Shown piece after piece: positions 10,597 to 22,089 of a stretch of DNA of 64,000 bases (position 1 is its first letter; each line of letters begins with the position of its first letter). The notes under the pieces were generated by a model that searched no databases, was not told the origin of the DNA, and saw only the letters and a program-made list of their open reading frames with translations. The translations under genes and the position numbers were made by a program. The stretch is taken from the sequence record NZ_CP084508.1. One strand, written 5' to 3'. This stretch comes from a plasmid.

Positions 10597-10989
10597 GTAA
10601 CTCGTTGAGTTTATTAAATAAATCACACAATTCAAAAGCAGGTAATACCTTTAATATTCTAAAGGTTTGCAAAAAATAAACAACAATAATAAGTTAGAAT
10701 TTTAAACTTAAAAATCAAAAAAACTCATAATTATCTGTTGTTATGAGCGTAACGAACAGTATTGTATGTTGCTCCGCCTAAGAATTATTAGCCATAAAAA
10801 CACCAATTACCACGCCAACACAAGACAAAAGATCGTCAATCTGCGTTTTGACAAGATTTAAAACCAATAATAGTCTATGTCGCACAAGTAGCTGTGAGCG
10901 CTTATTTACTACAAGATGGTGAAGCTCTTGTTGTTTTTATGTTACAGATATAGCTATCGTGTTTTATTTGTGCAGTTAATTAAATACTG

Positions 10990-11718
10990 GTGTCAGCGAT
11001 GGTAACCGTAATGATTAATAAATTAGCAATAAAAATTTCCTCATTTATTGGCCTGTTGTTTGTGATGACAAATGTAGAGGCCAATATTCAGGTCAGCCCA
11101 ATAAATATTACATTATCATCAGAGAATAAATATTCTGGATCAGTAAGAGTGTTTTCAAACTCCGATAAGACAATGTACATAAAAACATCAGTAAAAAGGA
11201 TTGTTAATCCTGGGACGCCTAAACAACAGGAGGTGCCCGTGGCTTCTGATGATAATGCAGGGGTTATCGCTTCCCCCCAGCGTTTTATTATTTCCGGACA
11301 AGGCTCTCACTTGGTAAGAATTCTTCCTATAAATATTCCTCAAAAAGAAGGGGTTTACAGGGTATATATATCGACTGTTCCTAGTGATAGCATTGATCAA
11401 GCGAGTACTAACAGAAGAGATGCTCAGATAACAATTAACGTTATCTGGGGAGTTCTTGTCTATGTGACACCTGAGCATAAAATTATTTCGTTTTCATACG
11501 ATAACGTATCAGGCAAATTAAAAAATACAGGAAATGTCCACGTTCGCATATCAGCATATGATTTTTGTTATAAGGAGGATAGTTGCCAGTGGAAAACAAT
11601 TAATCGTGCTATTTATCCTGACATGAATTATAAAATCACAGATAAAGCCCCCCCCCACTCTTTTTTATTTATTAAATATCAGTTAGGGGGAGCCCCTGTG
11701 ACTTTAAAAGTAAACTGA
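10990..11718 (+). CDS. class-5 (alternate chaperone-usher, CS1/CFA-I type) fimbrial periplasmic chaperone, CooB/CfaA-like
   Basis: The translation shares CooB-style blocks (VRVFSNSDKTMYIKTSVKRIVNPG... and ...QKEGVYRVYIS...). It is 242 aa and the first gene of a four-gene operon with CS1/CFA-I gene order. The segment is low-GC. The start may be an internal ATG. Confidence 0.7.
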   Translation: MSAMVTVMINKLAIKISSFIGLLFVMTNVEANIQVSPINITLSSENKYSGSVRVFSNSDKTMYIKTSVKRIVNPGTPKQQEVPVASDDNAGVIASPQRFIISGQGSHLVRILPINIPQKEGVYRVYISTVPSDSIDQASTNRRDAQITINVIWGVLVYVTPEHKIISFSYDNVSGKLKNTGNVHVRISAYDFCYKEDSCQWKTINRAIYPDMNYKITDKAPPHSFLFIKYQLGGAPVTLKVN

Positions 11719-11745
11719 TACCATTAACTTTTTGAGGTTCTATGT

Positions 11746-12228
11746 ATGAAAATTAAACATATTGTCTTTAGCTCTCTAATCTCTCTTCCATTTTTGGCAA
11801 ACGCCACCACAAATGGTACAGCGACGATTAATGTATCTGCTGACGTTAATCCTGCAGTAGGAATTGTATCTGCTAACAATACTCCATTGACAGATATACA
11901 ATTAGCCTTTGTCCCTGGTGTTGGGCTGCAAGCTGGAACCGAAATGGTTCGTCTTGCCAGTAATGATACCGCCCATGGTGTTGATGTTAGTCTTGCTAAT
12001 GCAATGCAGTTAACAAATTCAGCAGATGCATCTACCGTCCCCATGACTGTTACACTGGCGGGGAAAACATTAAGCACCTCACCAACTAGCTATGAAAAAA
12101 CATTATTTTCTGAGGGGGAGACCAGCCCTATGCAACTATCTGTCAAGCCAACTTCAGATTCAAAGAATCTAACAGCAGGTCATTATGCTGGGATTATTAA
12201 TCTGGTATTAGCTCAGTCTACAAAATAA
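11746..12228 (+). CDS. class-5 fimbrial major pilin, CooA/CfaB-like
   Basis: It is 160 aa with a signal peptide. The C-terminus (AGHYAGIINLVLAQSTK) parallels CooA (AGNYQGLVSIVLTQEP). Confidence 0.65.
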   Translation: MKIKHIVFSSLISLPFLANATTNGTATINVSADVNPAVGIVSANNTPLTDIQLAFVPGVGLQAGTEMVRLASNDTAHGVDVSLANAMQLTNSADASTVPMTVTLAGKTLSTSPTSYEKTLFSEGETSPMQLSVKPTSDSKNLTAGHYAGIINLVLAQSTK

Positions 12229-12250
12229 TTCAAGTAAAAAGGTGATATAA

Positions 12251-14914
12251 ATGAGGGGAGGGGTTATTTGTTTTCAAAGGTTATCCCATTTATTCTTTTG
12301 GGTGCTAATTATCATTAGCAACTCCCCTGTATATGCAAAAGATAGCATTCCGGCAGGATTTGAAGCTCTCAGTTTTGGACAGGATGAGCTTCTAAATATC
12401 TCTTTTCATGGTGAAAACGAGGGCGTTTTTACTGTTTTTGTTACGCCTGAATATCTAACATTTAAAGAACCAAATAAATTATTCGCAAAACTTCCTTTAG
12501 ATGGCGTGCCAGAAAACATCAGAAAAAAAATACTTTTTGAACTAGCTATGCCAATATCTAGGCATGATAAGGATTTTTATTTTGCCCCAGAGGAAAATAT
12601 CGGGATTATCTATAATGAGCAAGAACAATCGGCCATGCTACTGATAACTCCAAGGTGGGTAAAAAATAATAGCCAACACTTTTTCCACCAAAGCTACAAT
12701 GCTCGTTCAGCGCTGGTAAGTCATCAGTCACTTGTGTTTAGCCATGATGGGCACATGGAAAGCTTAGGAGGAACCGGCTACTTTGCTCAGGGAGTAGGTA
12801 GATCAAACTATATACAAGGTGACTGGGTTCTTTTTCAAAATGTGGGAGAGAGAGGCTCATCTTCACAATTTCAGTTTAATAATCTGTATTTGCGTACTGA
12901 TATAACACCTCGTATTTATAGCCAAGTAGGACGAATGGATTTGACTAACCTAAGCTCACGCTTGGGGGGGGATTTTTCACTATCTCTCCTGCCACAATCT
13001 CAAATAGATGGTTTGCGTATTGGCTCAAGTAATGCGTATCTTAATACGGAAAATATTACAACTACGGCTACACCATTAACAGTCATATTAACGCAACCAG
13101 CGAGAGTTGATATTTATCAAGGGAGACAGTTAATTGGCAGCAGTTATCTGATGGCTGGTATCCATGATGTTGATACGAATAACTTTCCCGCCGGAGCTTA
13201 TCCTGTATTATTAAAAATCTTCCAAAATGGGAAACTAATTCGTCAAGAAACACAGTTTTTCGAAAATAGTGATAGAAATCAGCCAGCAGCAGGAGAAATA
13301 CAATGGTTTTTTCAGGTCGGGAAACAACATGCATCGAATGATTATAGTGCAGCATCGAAGTTGACTAAAAAAAACAAAGAAGAAACACAATTCGCCGGAG
13401 GTATTCGATTCGGCCTATCTAGTCATCTGAGTCTAACAAGTGCACTGATGGGGAGAAAAACTGGCTCTCCATTCAGTGAAAGTGACCTAACGTGGACTCT
13501 ACCCACTAGAGCAGGCATCTTATCATTAAAATATAGCTATTTGATGAAAGAAGGAAAAGGTATTTCTGATAGTGAGCAACTGGGTTGGGATTATAGCAAC
13601 ATGGCACTCAACATATCACGCTATCATACATTTTGTACAAATCAAATTAGTTGCCATAATAATTATGGCGTCATAGCCAGCACAAGTAAATATGGGTGGA
13701 CAGCTTCGTTAGGATATAATTATTCATATTCAGCACAACGTTTTTTGCAGCCATTGGAGTATGAGAGAGACGAATCTTCTTACATAAATCCATCTATTCA
13801 TCAACAAAATAGTGGGTTATCATTATACTCATCACAATATGTAACATCCAGTATATTGCTAACATTAGGAACATCGACGAACTATCAGGATTGGAGTATT
13901 TGGCCAAGAATAGGCATGTTCAGCAATCGAAGTAGTGGTAGCGACAATCACGATAATGGGATTTTTTTAACTGTATCATTATCAAAAAACATGCAATCGT
14001 CATCCAATTTTAACCATAATACAACGGCTTCGTTGGACTATCGGCAGCATAGTCAGAATAATAATATATCATTACGCCAACAGTGGGTTTGGAGTGGTCA
14101 GCACTATCGTTCGCTAGACGCGACACTATCTGGTGGAAGGTATTACCAGAACGCTTTGGTTAATACTGAATTGGGTAGCTCACTAGGAAATGCGGGGATA
14201 TCGTTTAGCTATGACCGCTCGAAACAATATACAAATAAAACTATAAGTGGACACTACGACTCAACATTCACAATTTCATCAGCAGGATTTGTATTAGGAA
14301 ATGGTGATGGAAATGAATCTAGTCTTTCTGGAGTTATTATTGATTCTAAAAATCAGAATCAAAAAGAGCTAATAGGACCTATAGCTAAAATAACATCAAT
14401 GCAAGGGGGGGATGCATACATTAGCTATGGGAGCAAACTGTTTATTCCAACGATGGACTATATGGCCGACAAAATCAATATTGAGGATGCAATTGGTTAC
14501 GAAACTAATGGTAACCTGATTAATGGGGCCGGTACACAAAACATCTTCCTGTTACCAGGGCATGTCACCATCAGTCGGTTACGTGCTAATACAATTTATA
14601 TTTATGTTGGACGTCTTTTGGTTAATGGGGAAAATATTCTGGCTGGCGGGCATATTCTTAATGCTGATGTCCCTGATATAAATCCAGATGGCACCTTTGT
14701 TGTAGAGTTTAATTACTCCCCGAAGTCATTATACATACTGAAAGATCGAGATTTTTTTATTTGCCCTATAAAATATAAGGAGGGATTTAACGGTATCCGC
14801 AAAGTGAATGCTGCAAATTGTCATCAAGTAAGTGATACAACTTTACCATCAATAATAAAGAACTCTGATCGAGTGGCTAGACTTCTTTCTATAACAAATG
14901 AAAATAAACATTAA
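12251..14914 (+). CDS. class-5 fimbrial outer-membrane usher, CooC/CfaC-like
   Basis: It is an 887-aa beta-rich protein in the third position of the operon. The size and position match CooC/CfaC. Confidence 0.8.
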   Translation: MRGGVICFQRLSHLFFWVLIIISNSPVYAKDSIPAGFEALSFGQDELLNISFHGENEGVFTVFVTPEYLTFKEPNKLFAKLPLDGVPENIRKKILFELAMPISRHDKDFYFAPEENIGIIYNEQEQSAMLLITPRWVKNNSQHFFHQSYNARSALVSHQSLVFSHDGHMESLGGTGYFAQGVGRSNYIQGDWVLFQNVGERGSSSQFQFNNLYLRTDITPRIYSQVGRMDLTNLSSRLGGDFSLSLLPQSQIDGLRIGSSNAYLNTENITTTATPLTVILTQPARVDIYQGRQLIGSSYLMAGIHDVDTNNFPAGAYPVLLKIFQNGKLIRQETQFFENSDRNQPAAGEIQWFFQVGKQHASNDYSAASKLTKKNKEETQFAGGIRFGLSSHLSLTSALMGRKTGSPFSESDLTWTLPTRAGILSLKYSYLMKEGKGISDSEQLGWDYSNMALNISRYHTFCTNQISCHNNYGVIASTSKYGWTASLGYNYSYSAQRFLQPLEYERDESSYINPSIHQQNSGLSLYSSQYVTSSILLTLGTSTNYQDWSIWPRIGMFSNRSSGSDNHDNGIFLTVSLSKNMQSSSNFNHNTTASLDYRQHSQNNNISLRQQWVWSGQHYRSLDATLSGGRYYQNALVNTELGSSLGNAGISFSYDRSKQYTNKTISGHYDSTFTISSAGFVLGNGDGNESSLSGVIIDSKNQNQKELIGPIAKITSMQGGDAYISYGSKLFIPTMDYMADKINIEDAIGYETNGNLINGAGTQNIFLLPGHVTISRLRANTIYIYVGRLLVNGENILAGGHILNADVPDINPDGTFVVEFNYSPKSLYILKDRDFFICPIKYKEGFNGIRKVNAANCHQVSDTTLPSIIKNSDRVARLLSITNENKH

Positions 14915-14960
14915 CTATACTAATCGGTATATTAATGACATATCTCGGCGAACGGTAAAA

Positions 14961-16070
14961 ATGAATAAATTTATCAAATTAATCATATTGATTGCAGTGA
15001 TATCCTGGAAACCTACAATATCAATGGCCTCAACACCATCTGATTATTCATCAACTATAAACATAGAGAAATCCTATGATTTAAACTCACCATTGCCTGA
15101 GATTTATTTATGGGAAAATAAACGTATCAATATACCAACGCCCAATGGAAAGCCTAATGGTTTAGACTTTTTTCTTAGCTGTTTATCTGATAGCAATGAT
15201 AATTATGGAGCATGCCCGACCTTACCCACTTGGAATGGTGAGGGGAGTTATGTTTTATTATCATTTGTTGAAAAAAAAACGAATATAAAACACGCAGTGG
15301 TGGTTAAAGGAACTGTAAATAATAGTTGCTCTATAATAAAGTTTACAGGAGCACCTGGTGGATGTCCATACAACGGATTAAATTATAATGTATATATACC
15401 ACAAGATGAATTAAAAAAATTCCCCATTGGAGGGGTTTGGTTTGCTCATTTAAAGTTACGGACAGGTCAATGGCATGCAGGTGTAGGCTCTATCAACGAT
15501 AGTTGGCCTGGTTTTATGGACGCCTATTGGGAGGCAAATATTACTTTAAATATAACTGATAATAATAATATTCGCATCTGGTTTCCTCAGTTCCATGGCA
15601 ATACTGCCAATATTATAATGCCTATTATACCTGCATATTGGGCATCAAATACTCCTAGCCGGGTTATGGCAGAAAAAATAATAGACACCTGTTTATACGA
15701 TGGTTATAACAGTAATAGTAAGACATTTCAAATAACATTCAATAGTGATGATATTGATAATACTTCTCAAGAGTTTATTTTACGACGAGCAACAACACCA
15801 GGAGAGTCATTTTTACCTTATCAGATTTTTGTTTCATCCCCTGGTTCATCCGAAGCCCTCCAAATGGTAAAGCCTGGTGAACAACTAATTTATTCAGGAA
15901 TGAGTTCTATAGCCATACGGCAAGTAATGATGCCAGGATTACCAGAACCTGTAGCTTGTGCCCCATGGTCAATAAAAATAAAGCTCAAGCCATTTGATTT
16001 ATCAAAACAGCAAGCGGGCCATTATGTTGGCGTACTAAAAGTAACTTTCACCCCATCCTTGGATAAATGA
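14961..16070 (+). CDS. class-5 fimbrial minor tip adhesin, CooD/CfaE-like
   Basis: The start is taken at MNKFIKLIILIAVISW (signal peptide). The protein is about 370 aa. The C-terminal pilin-domain strand (AGHYVGVLKVTFTPSLDK) repeats the major-pilin motif. It is in the fourth position as in CS1/CFA-I. Confidence 0.6.
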   Translation: MNKFIKLIILIAVISWKPTISMASTPSDYSSTINIEKSYDLNSPLPEIYLWENKRINIPTPNGKPNGLDFFLSCLSDSNDNYGACPTLPTWNGEGSYVLLSFVEKKTNIKHAVVVKGTVNNSCSIIKFTGAPGGCPYNGLNYNVYIPQDELKKFPIGGVWFAHLKLRTGQWHAGVGSINDSWPGFMDAYWEANITLNITDNNNIRIWFPQFHGNTANIIMPIIPAYWASNTPSRVMAEKIIDTCLYDGYNSNSKTFQITFNSDDIDNTSQEFILRRATTPGESFLPYQIFVSSPGSSEALQMVKPGEQLIYSGMSSIAIRQVMMPGLPEPVACAPWSIKIKLKPFDLSKQQAGHYVGVLKVTFTPSLDK

Positions 16071-16693
16071 TAATCATGAACTATTTTTGCTTTTTAGGCG
16101 AGTGCAAATATACTAAGTTGGCGTTTAATTCATTAATACATGAGTTACCAGTAAGATCATGTTCGATACCAATCAATTATTATGAATTGCTCAATAAGCA
16201 ATTGGAGATTGAGGATAGTGTTTTTATTTTCATTTTACTACCCACAAATGGAATAACAAATTTCTATGATGGAGCTTTTCATCAACTTGCTAATATTTTA
16301 GAGAGACATAAAACTGTAATTGGGGGGGCTGTTTTTTTTACTTCAAATGAAGTTGAGAGAAATATTGCAATATTGACTTGTCAAATAACAGGTTTATATG
16401 TTTGGGTCTTTGATAAAAAAACACAAATCAAAACAGCAAAAGATATCATAATTGACATAGCAAATTCAAAATATTGCGAGAAAAATCTAGTGACTAAAGA
16501 AATAATAACTTGGAGAGAGCTTGAGATATTAGAAATGATTCTCGCTGGGTATAGTTACAATGACATTGCATCTTTTTTTTCGCTATCAGTAAAAACCATA
16601 TACTCATATGTATATGCCATACAGAGGAAGATGTTAATAAAAAAAATCATACATCTTTTCTTTTTATCTGAGCTAACTCAGAACTTCTCTTAA
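16067..16693 (+). CDS. LuxR/GerE-family HTH transcriptional regulator
   Basis: The C-terminus (ITWRELEILEMILAGYSYNDIASFFSLSVKTIYSYVYAIQRKM) fits the LuxR HTH consensus. Its start overlaps the adhesin gene stop. Confidence 0.55.
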   Translation: MIIMNYFCFLGECKYTKLAFNSLIHELPVRSCSIPINYYELLNKQLEIEDSVFIFILLPTNGITNFYDGAFHQLANILERHKTVIGGAVFFTSNEVERNIAILTCQITGLYVWVFDKKTQIKTAKDIIIDIANSKYCEKNLVTKEIITWRELEILEMILAGYSYNDIASFFSLSVKTIYSYVYAIQRKMLIKKIIHLFFLSELTQNFS

Positions 16694-17010
16694 TTAGAAT
16701 ATCATCATCTTGATGAAACAAATATTATTTTGGTTAATTATTAATAATGCTTTTTCAGAGGTAATTGCTAATCTCCTTACCACCTATAAGTCAAATGACT
16801 TTGTAATAATTACGATAACTGTTTCTGCTATATTTTTCTTACCATATTCATAGAGCAGACTTTATCTTAAACGATCTATTTTTTAAGTGGTAAAAAATGA
16901 TAACATGCCGTTTTTTTAGCTCATTAATAATAAGCAGACAGATAAACTCTATCAGTTGTATTTAATACCGATTTAATGAGCAGAATGAACAAACATAAAT
17001 TACATCAAAC

Positions 17011-17397
17011 CTACCCTTTATTATAGCGATGAATTAGGTGGCTAACTATAACTATTAGTAACACAACCATAAGTTGATAGCTACCCACTCCATACCATGG
17101 GCGTTCGTCGAGAAAAACGATTTCTCCAATTTGTCCAAGCGTGTGACTAAATTGCTCCTTATCTGCAATATAGTCAAGCAATGGGAACGTACCCGTGATG
17201 AACCATGCAGCCAGAACACCATTAACAAACCACGTAGGAAATAGATCAATAAAGTCTATCAAGTTTCTTCCTCGCCATGAATAATGCTGTGCCTTGAAAA
17301 AAATATACCAAGCTGCTATGCAAAATGCCGTCCATATCAGCATAGAAAAAGTAATCGCCCTAAAAAAATCCACTCCATCATTTATAACATCAAGCAT
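17011..17397 (-). CDS. hypothetical small membrane protein (3-4 predicted TM segments)
   Basis: It is 128 aa and hydrophobic. No family was recognised. Confidence 0.3.
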   Translation of the reverse strand: MLDVINDGVDFFRAITFSMLIWTAFCIAAWYIFFKAQHYSWRGRNLIDFIDLFPTWFVNGVLAAWFITGTFPLLDYIADKEQFSHTLGQIGEIVFLDERPWYGVGSYQLMVVLLIVIVSHLIHRYNKG

Positions 17398-17999
17398 TCT
17401 ATCATCTCCTTTTTTCCTGCTTATTTAATTAGACTCAATTTGATTATTTTTTCACCTGATAATTCGCCACATAACAACCGTCAGAGTATCAATATTGATT
17501 TATAATGGCCACTTACAGATCCAGAATCATTCACATTTATTTTTGATCCAAAACCATAAATACTGGTATTGACATACCAGAAAATCTTCATTAATGCAAT
17601 AAATTTTCGATATCTAAATTAACCCTATCTTAGGAGCGATGAAGAGAATAGTTAGTCACTGGTCATGGCCGTTCTGGATTTCGTACTCTAATGGTTCTCC
17701 AGAGCTAGAAGAGAGTTCAGGTATTTTTATCCTATTAACTTCCTCCCTGAAGGTTAGTCTCCAAGGTTACCAGATTCGGTTTACTTTCTGCGGTTTTTAC
17801 GACAAAGGATGAATAGCCATGACACAATAACGACACCAGAAATACCGCTGATGCTGTACTTATGATCTAAATACCATTGGTATCAGCGTTGCTGAAGGTA
17901 CCTCCTTGAACCAATAGCTTGCCTTTCCCCCTAACCACTGGGCTAAACCTAACAATTGTAGAATGGTAGCAACACCGTAAATCGCCAGTTCTGTGGTGT

Positions 18000-20880
18000 G
18001 AATTGAACTATGCCGACGTTATACTGTTATAAAACATTTCGAGGTAATCAAAAATATTGCGATGGGCTTCTTCCCGAGTCCCATAGTTTTTTTCTTTAAT
18101 CCATTCACATTTCAGTAGCTGGAAAAAACCTTCTGCAACTGCGTTGTCATGACAGTTACCACGACGGCTCATACTGCCCTCCAGTCCGTGTGATTTCAGG
18201 AACGACTGCCACTCATGGCTTGTGTACTGACTACCTTGATCAGAATGAACCAGCACCTGTTTTTGGGGATTACATCGTCACATGGCCATCATAAGCACAT
18301 TCAGGACAATATCTTTGGTCATTCGGGCAGCCGATAACTTTGCGCAAGAACATGTCAACAACCACGGCCAGATACAGCCAGCCTTCGAGTGTTCGGAGTA
18401 GAGTAAGAGACAGGACGTGTCGGACTATTTCCCTGCATCTCCGAACCGGACGTGCACCTTTCAGCGCATCCGGCTCTCCGTTTAAACGCTGGCTAGTGCC
18501 ATTGCCACTTCCGGGTACCGTGATGTATTTCTAGCTTCCAGCCTCAGGTAAGGGTTATCTTCTGGCAATTGCCAACGGAATAGCTTCTTGCCTTGCCCTA
18601 ACAACCGGTAAAGTGCTTCACCGTTGAGCCTCCCGTAGTTGGTTATTACCAAATAAAACTTACGTTTTACTCTGACCTGGTTTCGGTGATTTACACCACC
18701 ACCTCATCAGGAATGCAATACCTTTACGATATTTTCGGGAGTAGACAGAACACCACGCGGTCAATATAACTGAATACTTTTGCTTTAAAATCAATAAACT
18801 GTTAGAACACAGCCCAGCCTTTCAGCTTCTGGTTGAATATCTCAACCATATCGATTTTGCTTTCTAAGCATTATGTTCGACAGCCGCGGATATTACACCA
18901 CCCAGCATACGCCTTCACTGGCTACCCGAAAGAGACCGACATCAATATGTCCCGCTTTGATTGTTTTCCACAGCAGAACCATGAAACGTAACTCACTGCT
19001 CCTGCGGCGTACGGTTTTCATCAGTAATCGATGAGGTACGGTGTCAAAACAGGTCACCGTCAATCACCCTGCGGCCCCGTGTCTCACCACAGTCTGTGTT
19101 GTTGTTCCGTTCAGGCCGGAAACCGTACGAAAGCGCATGAAAATCACTTTCCCATTCCCATATTAGCCCCCCTAGACATCAGCATGGCCCGTTGAATAAT
19201 ACGATCCCGCAACGTGGGGCTCCCCAACGGCCACTGTTTACCATTTCTTTTGGAAATGCAAACCCGCCTGGCGGACGACGGCTGGTAGTGGCCAGAGATT
19301 AATTCAACCCTAAGTCCTTGCAGTTCAGCAGCCAGCCTGGCCTGCAGCACAAATTTATTCACGCCATCAACACCGTGTGTATGAGCACCTTTTGATGAAA
19401 GCGTAATTCGTGTAGATTCAGCCAGCTATTCTGGCTGTGTTATCAGACGCCGCAACCGTTCAATCCGTCGGGACGGATCGGCTATTGCCCATGAGGCAAG
19501 CTTGCGTTGTATTTCGCTGATCATCAAAGGTCTTCACCTCATTGGATCAGGTAGCGTGCTCAGCAAACACATTTAAGCTGCCTCCCTTTGCCATGTAATG
19601 GGTTTTCCCCATCGCGGACTACTACGGAAGCTCCGCCAGCCAGCGCGTCATCGGAGCCATGCCTCCTTAACATCCGTCACTGACTTTTCCCGGTTTACCT
19701 GCCCGGACTCAAACATACTGAGGAGGCTGCCAGTCGCACTCTTTATCCTTGCTTGCTGCAAGGTGGTAGAAGTCAGCAACGCTGATCGTGATAGGCGCTG
19801 CTGACCGGTGCTTCGCATACATATCAAAACACCGTCGATCGGCCGTGCTTACGTATAACCACCAATCCCTCCCGCACGGCCTGTCAGATCACGTAGACCA
19901 TGGTGATATTTTCAACCCACAGAGGCGGATTAACGGGTTCATGTTCCTCAGCCTTTCAGTACTCAACCTTGAGGATCATCTTGGCTTTCGCCTCAATCTC
20001 CGTTGTCAGCGAGTTACATCACCCGGCGAGCATGCCGTAGGTCACTGCCGCTCGTCATCACACCCAACGGGATTGTTGGACTTTTCGTCATGAGTTACCG
20101 GTTCAATATTCCAGATAGACTCGTGGTTCATTTGAGCATTCATGCTCGCCCTAAACTCCAGGCACACTGTAAGTTATGTCCGTTATCCAACGTTCATCCG
20201 GTACTTCCAGATTGAACTGCCGCTGGCCGCTGGAGTCTGTTGGGTGTCACGATACTGGCCTCACATTTACGCGTTCGTGGGCTTCGATAGCCGGCCTAAG
20301 CTTTTCTCCCGGCACGCATCATGAGCCGCCAGAAACGGTTAATCCCGCATTGTTGCCCGCTATCTCTCAGGTCGTGATGGATCTTGCGATAGCCATAAAC
20401 GCAACCGTGCTCGGGCTCCAACCAGAACTGCTTGATTTGTCCAGCCAGCCTGAGATCCGCCTGATACCGTGGTGAAGGAGGCTGCTGAAGCCAGGTGTAA
20501 AACCCACTCGGATGAACATTCAGCCCCCGCCAGAGTAGACGAACAGGTCAACAACAGGAGTTGTCACGGATAAAGGCGTATCTCAATCGGACAGTTTTGC
20601 AAAGTACGCTGCAGCTTTTTTTATATGTCCCGTTCGTCAATAACCCGCTTCAGCTCATTCTGGAGTCGACGGATCTCGGCCTGAGCATCTGACTGCTCTT
20701 TGTTGGTGGAGGAGTCCAGCACGTACTTCTTTATCCAGGTATAAAGGTTGCAGGTAGTGATACCGAAACATGTTGCAACACTGGAAACAGAATGGACACG
20801 ATCAACAACCAGTTTGACAGCTTTCAATTTTAAACTCTTCAGGATAACGCTTACTGCTCATGTGCACCTCTCTTTAAGCC
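18000..20880 (-). mobile_element. IS3-family (IS3-group) element remnant whose orfB is interrupted by a group II intron
   Basis: orfA is at 20621-20827 (..VSSVATCFGITTCNLYTWIKKY..SSTNKEQSDAQAEIRRLQNELKRVIDERDI, continuing as ..LKKAAAYFAKLSD). The orfB N-terminal fragment runs to about 20170 (..LEVPDERWITDITYS). The orfB C-terminal half is at about 18008-18410 (EGWLYLAVVVDMF..., then ..HSDQGSQYTSHEWQSFLKSHGLEGSMSRRGNCHDNAVAEGFF..). Confidence 0.65.
18410..20167 (-). mobile_element. group II intron (degenerate intron-encoded protein) inserted in IS3 orfB between ..DITY and LRT.EGWLYLA
   Basis: On the minus strand a 5' GUGUG/GUGCC-like start lies next to the orfB break at about 20167. The intron-encoded protein starts at about 19522 (MISEIQRKLASWAIADPSRRIERLRRLITQPEWLAES..KGAHTHGVDGV..YQPSSARRVCISKRNGKQWPLGSPTLRDRIIQRAML, which are RT domain 0/1 motifs) and continues with stop-riddled RT domain 2-4 motifs (..CFDTVPHRLLMKTVRRR..) down to about 18700. 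A canonical 34-nt domain V (GAGCCGGATGCGCTGAAAGGTGCACGTCCGGTTC, with the AGC triad and a GAAA loop) lies at 18433-18466 on the minus strand, about 25 nt before the exon resumes. Confidence 0.7.
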
Positions 20881-21429
20881 ATTCTAAATGACTCTGAGGT
20901 GTCTGTTAAAACCATGGCGATTCAGCCATGCTGTGGTGGCTGGTGCTGATCTCCAGCTTTGTCATTACTAAAGTGCTAACTCTTTAACGACTGGCGTTTA
21001 TTGAGGTGTTCATATCCTGCTAGCATAACCACTCTATCAGCCTAGAGACTCACCACATTCGGCTGAGCCATCACATGGTAGTAAACTGCTGAGATACACA
21101 TCCATGTAAACCCACCAAGCAATGGCTCAGCCGAGCGTAGTGTAAGTGTAATACTTATATAAAATCCAGCAATATCAAACTGTTAGATAAATTACCCAAA
21201 CAACACATAACAAAATGTACGCACCGCACAATACTCCAACCCAAAAACCCAACTTCCCCATACTACAATCATGTTGCGATGTATCAATTATACTAATTTA
21301 AAAACAGTTATTGAAGAATGTCTATATCAATTTCGTTTTTGATTTACTCTTTTTTCATAAAAATAGTCATCGATAAAAAATGCTCAAATAAGAAAATCAG
21401 TTGTGATTCAGACGTGAGATGAACCAGCA

Positions 21430-21990
21430 AGCTGAGTCAGTTCCTCTCTTCTCCTCCCCACTCGGGATGAAACCACTCATCTAGTGATGAGATTTCACAG
21501 GCCTTAGTATAAGTACTCTAGCTTTAGCTCCACGTATTGTACTTTTTGAGAGCTCCGATTTTTCAGCTATCAGCCAACGCTGCGTTTCCCGACTTTTATG
21601 TATGGATAATGTAGTTATCCACACTGACACATCGCTTTAAGATGCTTTAACAGGCTGATAAATAAGGCTGAGCCTTTGCTGTTGCCGCCCACGTAGCTAA
21701 CTTTGCTCGTACCACAGAGCAGCACTCTGGCCAGATAGTATTTCTCATTCTGCCCAGGTATTACCACGCGTTTTTGTTGTCTTCGTACCTGCCAGTCTGT
21801 GCTGATTTTGGGATTAAGATGGATATCCACTTCATCTTCATAAAAGACGAGATTCTCTGCGCGACATTCGCCCAATATTTTATGGGTTACCGCACCTTTC
21901 TTATGAGGGTCGTAGATACACAGGGTTGTGTGCTGCCCTGTGCTACGCCAGACCCGCAGAGGGCAGCCAGCAGTGGAAGATAGATATTTT
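21430..21990 (-). pseudogene. IS630-family transposase fragment (divergent, DDE-domain part, frameshifted)
   Basis: ..ENLVFYEDEVDIHLNPKISTDWQVRRQQKRVVIPGQNEKYYLA..VSYVGGNSKGSALFISLLKHLKA.. matches the intact IS630-family copies elsewhere in the window. It then shifts frame (..VDNYIIHKSRETQRWL..). Confidence 0.5.
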
Positions 21991-22089
21991 TAATGTAAAT
22001 GTTTGTAACTTACTGAAGTTGCATCACAGTTGTATTATACAGAATTTTATACTTTTCCCTCACTGAGGATAAAATAAAAGAGGGGAAGA

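Noticed and set aside
19598-20554. Cluster of overlapping 60-100-aa ORFs on the plus strand
   Set aside because: The region is the domain I-IV RNA and N-terminal IS3 orfB portion of minus-strand elements. The plus-strand ORFs are antisense artefacts.
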